Assembly: GCA_965262725.1 (NCBI GenBank)
Contig: OZ253555.1
Span: 992,001-1,056,000 of the forward strand
DNA length: 64,000 bases
Origin: Dehalococcoidia bacterium
GTDB lineage: Bacteria > Chloroflexota > Dehalococcoidia > UBA2979
Reading direction: 5' to 3'
Positions 59,067 to 64,000 of the stretch are shown here, piece after piece. The translations under genes were made by a program, and so were the position numbers. Each line of letters begins with the position of its first letter. Position 1 is the first letter of the stretch. A model generated the notes under the pieces. The model had not been told where the DNA came from. It did not search any database and saw only the letters and a list, made by a program, of their open reading frames with translations.

Positions 59067-59816
59067 CTACGCATCCGCGTTCGCGCGCATGTCGCTTCCA
59101 CTCGCGTAGTCTTCGAGTGCGCGGGCCAGACGGGCGGACGCCTCTTCGAATCGAGGGTACGTCTCGACCCATTCCCTCTCGAAGGCCTCGATCCGTGCGC
59201 TGTGTCCCTGTGGCGCGGTGCCAGACGGCGGTGTGTACTTCGCCACCATCGCATAGAGTTTCTGCAGTTCGGCACGCCACGCTCGAACCTCTCCTCGGAG
59301 GGAGGCGCTCGACACCGGAGAGAGAACAACGTCGACGTGCCGCTCGCTGGTTGGCTGTTGCGCAAGTTCGTCCTGGACCCGCTGCATGCGAGCGATGAGC
59401 TCCTCTCGCATGGCGCCATCTGTCGCCTTGGTTGCGATCAGGAAGTGAGCGGACTGGATGGAGAGCACGGCCGCACTCACCGATCGTCGCAGTGCCTCGA
59501 CCTGCGCACGTCGATCACCGAGGACTTGCTCGCGCCCCATGGCCTCCAGTTGATGCCGGTGCTGGATCTCGATGCGCGAGCGCTCGTTCTCGGCGCTTGC
59601 GGCCTGCGACCACCTCGCGTGCCAGAGGTTGAGTATCGCCACGACGACGGTGCCCGTTATTCCGATCGCGCCCGTCACAGCCGCAGCGGAGTCCCGATCG
59701 GATCGAGCAGACAGGATGATCCCCGTCACGGCCACGAGGAGCGCCGCGCCCGTCAGGGACACAAAGAGCTTGCCGGACATGCGCGCCGGACTATACATCG
59801 CCCGCCGCTCGGTCAC
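59067..59816 (-). CDS. Hypothetical 2-TM protein with helical/coiled-coil C-terminus
   Basis: Two hydrophobic helices followed by a charged helical region. Confidence 0.65.
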   Translation of the reverse strand: MTERRAMYSPARMSGKLFVSLTGAALLVAVTGIILSARSDRDSAAAVTGAIGITGTVVVAILNLWHARWSQAASAENERSRIEIQHRHQLEAMGREQVLGDRRAQVEALRRSVSAAVLSIQSAHFLIATKATDGAMREELIARMQRVQDELAQQPTSERHVDVVLSPVSSASLRGEVRAWRAELQKLYAMVAKYTPPSGTAPQGHSARIEAFEREWVETYPRFEEASARLARALEDYASGSDMRANADA

Positions 59817-60049
59817 CGATCACGACCGCCGCCGCGCCCCGGCTTCGCGGCGCTCGGCGACCCCGAGGAAGCTGTCGCGGGCGGTGCGGCCGCAGCTCGA
59901 GGACCACAGGGTGGCCGCGAGGGCTTGAGCGCATCGCGCCGCACCCGGGCGGCTAGGGCGTGCCGATAGGGATCGTAGACTTCCAGGTCTTCGAGCCCGC
60001 TGAGGGCTCCCGGCTCTTGGTTCGCGAGGTTACTCGGAGGGAGAGACTG

Positions 60050-60715
60050 GTGACTGCAGATAGGGACGACGCCCCGGGCCACGGCGGCCGATCGGCGTTG
60101 CTGCCCACGACGCCGGAGCTGATCGGGCGCCTGCGCGAGGCACTCGATGAGGCTCACGGCGCATGGCAGGTGGATGGCAATGCGACGCACGCCGTGAAAC
60201 TCCGTGCCTGGAAGCTGGGGCTCGACCTCGGCGTTCCTGGCCTTTTTCCCTTCGCGAACAGACTCGGCCGCGAAGCAGCGGTGTACGCGGAGAACGCACT
60301 CGGCGCGAGATCGGCGCACCTGTGGCCGAAGCACGAAGAGCAGTCGCCTCTTCACGAGTCTCTCTTCGACGTGGCGTGGGCGCAGTTCGACGGCGAGTCC
60401 ACCGACTACGTGGACGATCGCTGGGCGGCCGACCACGTGCCTTCCTTCACGCGCTTGGTGCTGGCCCTCGAGAGTGAGCTCGCGTACAGCGCGCCCAGGT
60501 GGCACGTTCTCTCCGACTTCCACAAGCTGCTGTGCGCCCGGGCCGAGCTTCGCGCGATCGTGTGGGCCCGGGACCGCGTTCCCGAGGGCCGGGAGCTGCT
60601 GGAGGCACGGCTTCAGGCGGCCGACGGCGGCTCCGAGGGTTGGTGGCTGTTCGCCGGCTGGGGCGCGGGGGGGTTCGAGTACAGCACGTACTGCGACGGT
60701 ACGAGGCAGGGATAG
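60050..60715 (+). CDS. Hypothetical protein, possible restriction-endonuclease fold
   Basis: LFDVAW...LALESE...DFHKLL pattern; GTG with GGAGG upstream. Confidence 0.55.
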   Translation: MTADRDDAPGHGGRSALLPTTPELIGRLREALDEAHGAWQVDGNATHAVKLRAWKLGLDLGVPGLFPFANRLGREAAVYAENALGARSAHLWPKHEEQSPLHESLFDVAWAQFDGESTDYVDDRWAADHVPSFTRLVLALESELAYSAPRWHVLSDFHKLLCARAELRAIVWARDRVPEGRELLEARLQAADGGSEGWWLFAGWGAGGFEYSTYCDGTRQG

Positions 60716-61023
60716 GCGAGCGTGACGAGCGGCTCCCGAGTCGAAATGGCACCGTCCGGCGGGCATTGACCGCCACGTCGGCGGGGTGCCTCGGCGTCGC
60801 AAGCGGTCATCGCCGACGATCGCAACTCGGCCTCGCCATCTGCAAGGGGGGCCTGACGGTGACGCCCGCCATTGCCCGAGGCTTCTACGTCAACTACGAC
60901 CCGCCGACGCAGGCCAACATGATCCACCGCGCGGCGTGCCGTCACGTGGCGGGCGAAGTCGGCTTAGCGGCCTGCTAGACTGCTGGCCGCGCGAGAATCG
61001 CCGCAAAGCTGTGGAGTGCACCG

Positions 61024-61959
61024 ATGGCCAAGAACACTAAGAAGACTTGTTTCGTAATCGCACCCATTGACGAGCCAGAATCAGAGGTCCGGGTGCGGTC
61101 TGACCAAATCCTGAACCACGTGATCAGACCAGCAGTGGAGCAGTGTGGCTACGGCAAGCCTGTCCGCGCCGACGAGATCGACGAGCCTGGGAATATCACA
61201 AGCCAAGTCATTCAGCACGTCACCGAGGACGATCTAGTCGTAGCAGACTTGACGGGCCGCAACCCAAATGTGTTTTACGAACTTGCAATTCGACATGCGA
61301 TTAGAAGGCCATTCGTCCAGATCGCTGAGGCGGGTGAGCGAATCCCATTCGATGTCTATGGGCAGAGGACGATCTTTATTGACCATACGAATCTGGACAA
61401 CGTTGCTGAGGCGATAGCGTCGATCGTAGAACAGATCAAGTCCTTCGAGGAGAAGGATGCACAAGTCGAAACACCGATTTCGATGTCATTGGATCTTCAG
61501 AATCTTCGGCAAAGTGGCAATCCAGAACAAAGGTCACTAGCTGATATTCTATCGGAGTTATCCAGCATTAGGAATGCCCTCTCTGGAATGGACATACAAA
61601 GGCTCGAAGCGCATCTTGCGATAATTCAGGAAGAATTAAACATGTCGCGGAGGAGAAGCCACCGCCACCCAGGTCCGCCCCCGTCAAGCATTATCGAAAT
61701 GGTTCGCTCTCGCCACGGGACAGGCATCAACATCTTGCCCATCGCTCTAAGCTTCGTGCGCGATGAGGCTCCGTGGCTATACGAAGTGGGCATGGAGGCA
61801 TACCGACATCACGCGTCGGGCAATACTCGCCGGGCTCAAGAGCTAACGATGAGGTTGCAGGAACTAATGGAGATGACGGGTGAGCTCTCGCACCTGAGTA
61901 GGCAGAGCCACGATGCGTTGAATATCTTGCGAATCGTTGTCCATGAGGTAGTCACGTGA
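61024..61959 (+). CDS. Nucleoside 2-deoxyribosyltransferase/TIR-like domain protein
   Basis: CFVIAPI, RADEI..PG.I, VADLTGRNPNVFYELAIRH. Confidence 0.75.
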   Translation: MAKNTKKTCFVIAPIDEPESEVRVRSDQILNHVIRPAVEQCGYGKPVRADEIDEPGNITSQVIQHVTEDDLVVADLTGRNPNVFYELAIRHAIRRPFVQIAEAGERIPFDVYGQRTIFIDHTNLDNVAEAIASIVEQIKSFEEKDAQVETPISMSLDLQNLRQSGNPEQRSLADILSELSSIRNALSGMDIQRLEAHLAIIQEELNMSRRRSHRHPGPPPSSIIEMVRSRHGTGINILPIALSFVRDEAPWLYEVGMEAYRHHASGNTRRAQELTMRLQELMEMTGELSHLSRQSHDALNILRIVVHEVVT

Positions 61960-62178
61960 GGTAGCCCTCGCCACTGGCAAGGAGAATGCCCCTCACGAGC
62001 CCTCGCATGACCGCCGCCTCCATGGGACCCGTGTTGTACTACGAGCAACGACGTCGCTGCTGCCTGGCTGGCAGTCCAGCGCTGGCTGAACTCGGCCGAG
62101 GAGCCCGCGTCGCATTCCCTCTCGGATGGCGTTCCCGAGGCGTCTGTGATGCTAGCGGTGGAGTCGGCGGCAGGCAAA

Positions 62179-63036
62179 CTACCAGTTGATGGCGTTGGAT
62201 GATTGGGAGTCCGGTAATTTCATCCATCGCGGCGTGATGAGAAGCTCTCGCCCGTTTCGTCGCCTACCGGCGGAGTAACGAAGCGAGAATGGCCGAACGC
62301 TTGCCCAGTCTGCGTACATGGCTCGCACTTGCGGGCAGTCGTCATATGTAAGAACCCAAGCGGTCTCCGACATAGAGCACAGGCGCTTCGCGATCGTAGC
62401 ATGATAGTCGGGATCGATAGCGTTCAGATATAGTGTTTCTCCCTTTTGGAAGTACGGTGGGTCGATAAAGAAAAACGTCGAGACAGGGTCAAGGCGATCG
62501 AACAGTTTGAGTGCATCAATGCCTGAGACTTCGATTCTCGTGCGATAGTCCGAGAGTCTCCTAAGCCGCGATAGAAGGCCTGACTTGTTGAAACGCGCAC
62601 CCACCTGCCACGCTCCGGCCTGGTCGCGCCCGCCTATTACGCTGCCGTCAGGAATGATCCCGGAACGGTTGCATCGGTTGAGGTAGAACGTCGCGAAGCC
62701 CCGCTCCAATCGGGAGACACGCCCCGTCGACCGGTAAATGTCGCGTTGCCGACTCCACTCCTCCAGACTCACCGGCGTATCCATTAGTTTCTGCATGAAC
62801 GGCACAGCTCGGTGCGTTGCTGACCACCAAAAGTCGTAGATCGACTGATCGGCGTCGTTGATCTGGATTGAATGTGTTTCTTCGAGGTAGAGCAGCGTGA
62901 GGGAGGCGCCCGCGCCGCCGCCGAACGGTTCAGCCATCACGTGTGCATTGAGCCCGTTGAGGTGTCTGATCTGTCGGAGGAGGTTGGTCATCGCCGCCTT
63001 GCCGCCGGGATATCTGAGCGGACTGGCATATCTCAT
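62179..63036 (-). CDS. DNA adenine methyltransferase (Dam/D12 class)
   Basis: SPLRYPGGK, EPFGGGA, LNRCNRSG, DPPY. Confidence 0.92.
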   Translation of the reverse strand: MRYASPLRYPGGKAAMTNLLRQIRHLNGLNAHVMAEPFGGGAGASLTLLYLEETHSIQINDADQSIYDFWWSATHRAVPFMQKLMDTPVSLEEWSRQRDIYRSTGRVSRLERGFATFYLNRCNRSGIIPDGSVIGGRDQAGAWQVGARFNKSGLLSRLRRLSDYRTRIEVSGIDALKLFDRLDPVSTFFFIDPPYFQKGETLYLNAIDPDYHATIAKRLCSMSETAWVLTYDDCPQVRAMYADWASVRPFSLRYSAGRRRNGRELLITPRWMKLPDSQSSNAINW

Positions 63037-64000
63037 TCCCTAGGGCCGTCTCGATGCGGCCTCTCGAGCATGAGGCGGAAGAGGGGTTCCGCGCGTGTCC
63101 AGAACGCGAGTAGGTCATCGGGCGTTGGAAGCTCGGAGGGACGGTGGACGAAAGCGTTCAGGTCATCGAGCCAGCCTTGGCGCAGTGCCCGCCTGACGCT
63201 CTCCGCTTCGCCAGGCTCCAAGCGCTCGGTTGCGATCCGCTGCACCTCCTTGATGAGTTGGTGCATTGTCGGTTGACCATGGCGCGGCAGGGCCTCCTTG
63301 GATTGCAGGCGCTCAACGATGGAGGGCATTTCGCCGGTGCGCTCTAGGTAGTCACGCACCATGAGTTCGAAGAAAACGCGAAGTAGGACCGCGCCGGCGT
63401 TCGGGAACTTGTCCCGGCGTAACTCCACTAACTCCTTGCGAATGGCGATGAGTCGCGTACTGCCGAACTTGACGGCTAGGTTCTTGGGGAGCACGTACGG
63501 GTTGATCTGGCGCGAGCGCGGCGGCGGGGGCGGTGACGGGTCAGGGTCGGACGGCGGAACGCCTGAAATGACCTCGGCGATCGCGAAGGAGCCGCGTCTC
63601 TTGGCAACACGTTCGTCCGGGCTCCAGCTGTCGAAGTACCGTTGAATGTCCTCGTGCTTGTTCAAACTGCGCGAGTCCTGCTTCTCGCGCAGCACGTCGG
63701 TCACCAATCGTGTAACGCCACGGAGGAAGTCGGCCTTCGCTGTCGTAACGCGAAAGACTTGGTCCGCGTTGCGTTCGACATGCAGTGCTTCTCGACCCGG
63801 CGGCGAATCGAAGACACGGTGCAGTGTTGTCAGCATCGCCGGGTCCGGACTATAGAGGCGACTCTTCAGATCAGTTGGGAGATCGAGCGACCTAGCCAGT
63901 CCGGCGATGGCCTTGAGCTCTCGTGCGTCTCGAAGGTCGGCAGCTGTGAACGTAAACGCTTCTTTGAGGGTCTTCTCGTCGTACCCTTCATCGAGTTTCG
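63033..64000 (-). CDS. Hypothetical protein (3' part; open to the window edge) with HEPN-like C-terminus, coupled to the Dam gene
   Basis: Frame stays open upstream of 63836 to 64000; PNAGAVLLRVFFE...LNAFVH; 4-bp overlap with the methylase start. Confidence 0.7.
   Translation of the reverse strand, partial: KLDEGYDEKTLKEAFTFTAADLRDARELKAIAGLARSLDLPTDLKSRLYSPDPAMLTTLHRVFDSPPGREALHVERNADQVFRVTTAKADFLRGVTRLVTDVLREKQDSRSLNKHEDIQRYFDSWSPDERVAKRRGSFAIAEVISGVPPSDPDPSPPPPPRSRQINPYVLPKNLAVKFGSTRLIAIRKELVELRRDKFPNAGAVLLRVFFELMVRDYLERTGEMPSIVERLQSKEALPRHGQPTMHQLIKEVQRIATERLEPGEAESVRRALRQGWLDDLNAFVHRPSELPTPDDLLAFWTRAEPLFRLMLERPHRDGPRE

Larger units (their letters stand above)
45704..64000. mobile_element. 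Genomic (defence-type) island; left boundary at the tRNA-Pro fragment, extends past the window
   Basis: att-like tRNA fragment, shift to AT-richer sequence, and IS, integrase, RM debris and nuclease genes. Confidence 0.78.

Noticed and set aside
1-64000. CRISPR array, cas genes, rRNA
   Set aside because: No regularly spaced repeats, cas motifs or rRNA-like sequence seen.

Overview
GC-rich bacterial window. The gene content (expanded class III CoA-transferases, crotonases, LLM/F420-type oxidoreductases, double hot-dog proteins) suggests Chloroflexota/Dehalococcoidia; this is inference only. Three zones are visible. (1) 1-36.9 kb: a paralog-rich acyl-CoA catabolic region. It contains a 184-bp IS630-derived MITE, a two-component locus whose kinase is split by an ORF-less group II intron inserted antisense (26206-27067), and a decayed IS110. 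(2) 37.2-44.1 kb: a compact signalling operon, STAS - REC/PP2C - RsbW-like kinase - solute-binding protein - histidine kinase - ammonium transporter. (3) 45.4-64 kb: a genomic/defence island bounded on the left by a 3' tRNA-Pro(GGG) fragment (att site). It holds several layers of integrase, recombinase, IS and restriction-modification debris, an intact IS21, a 1333-aa HTH-nuclease-STAND NTPase protein with its own operator-like palindrome, other nuclease-fold genes, and a Dam methylase pair running off the window. All product calls come from motif recognition by eye; no database searches were run.
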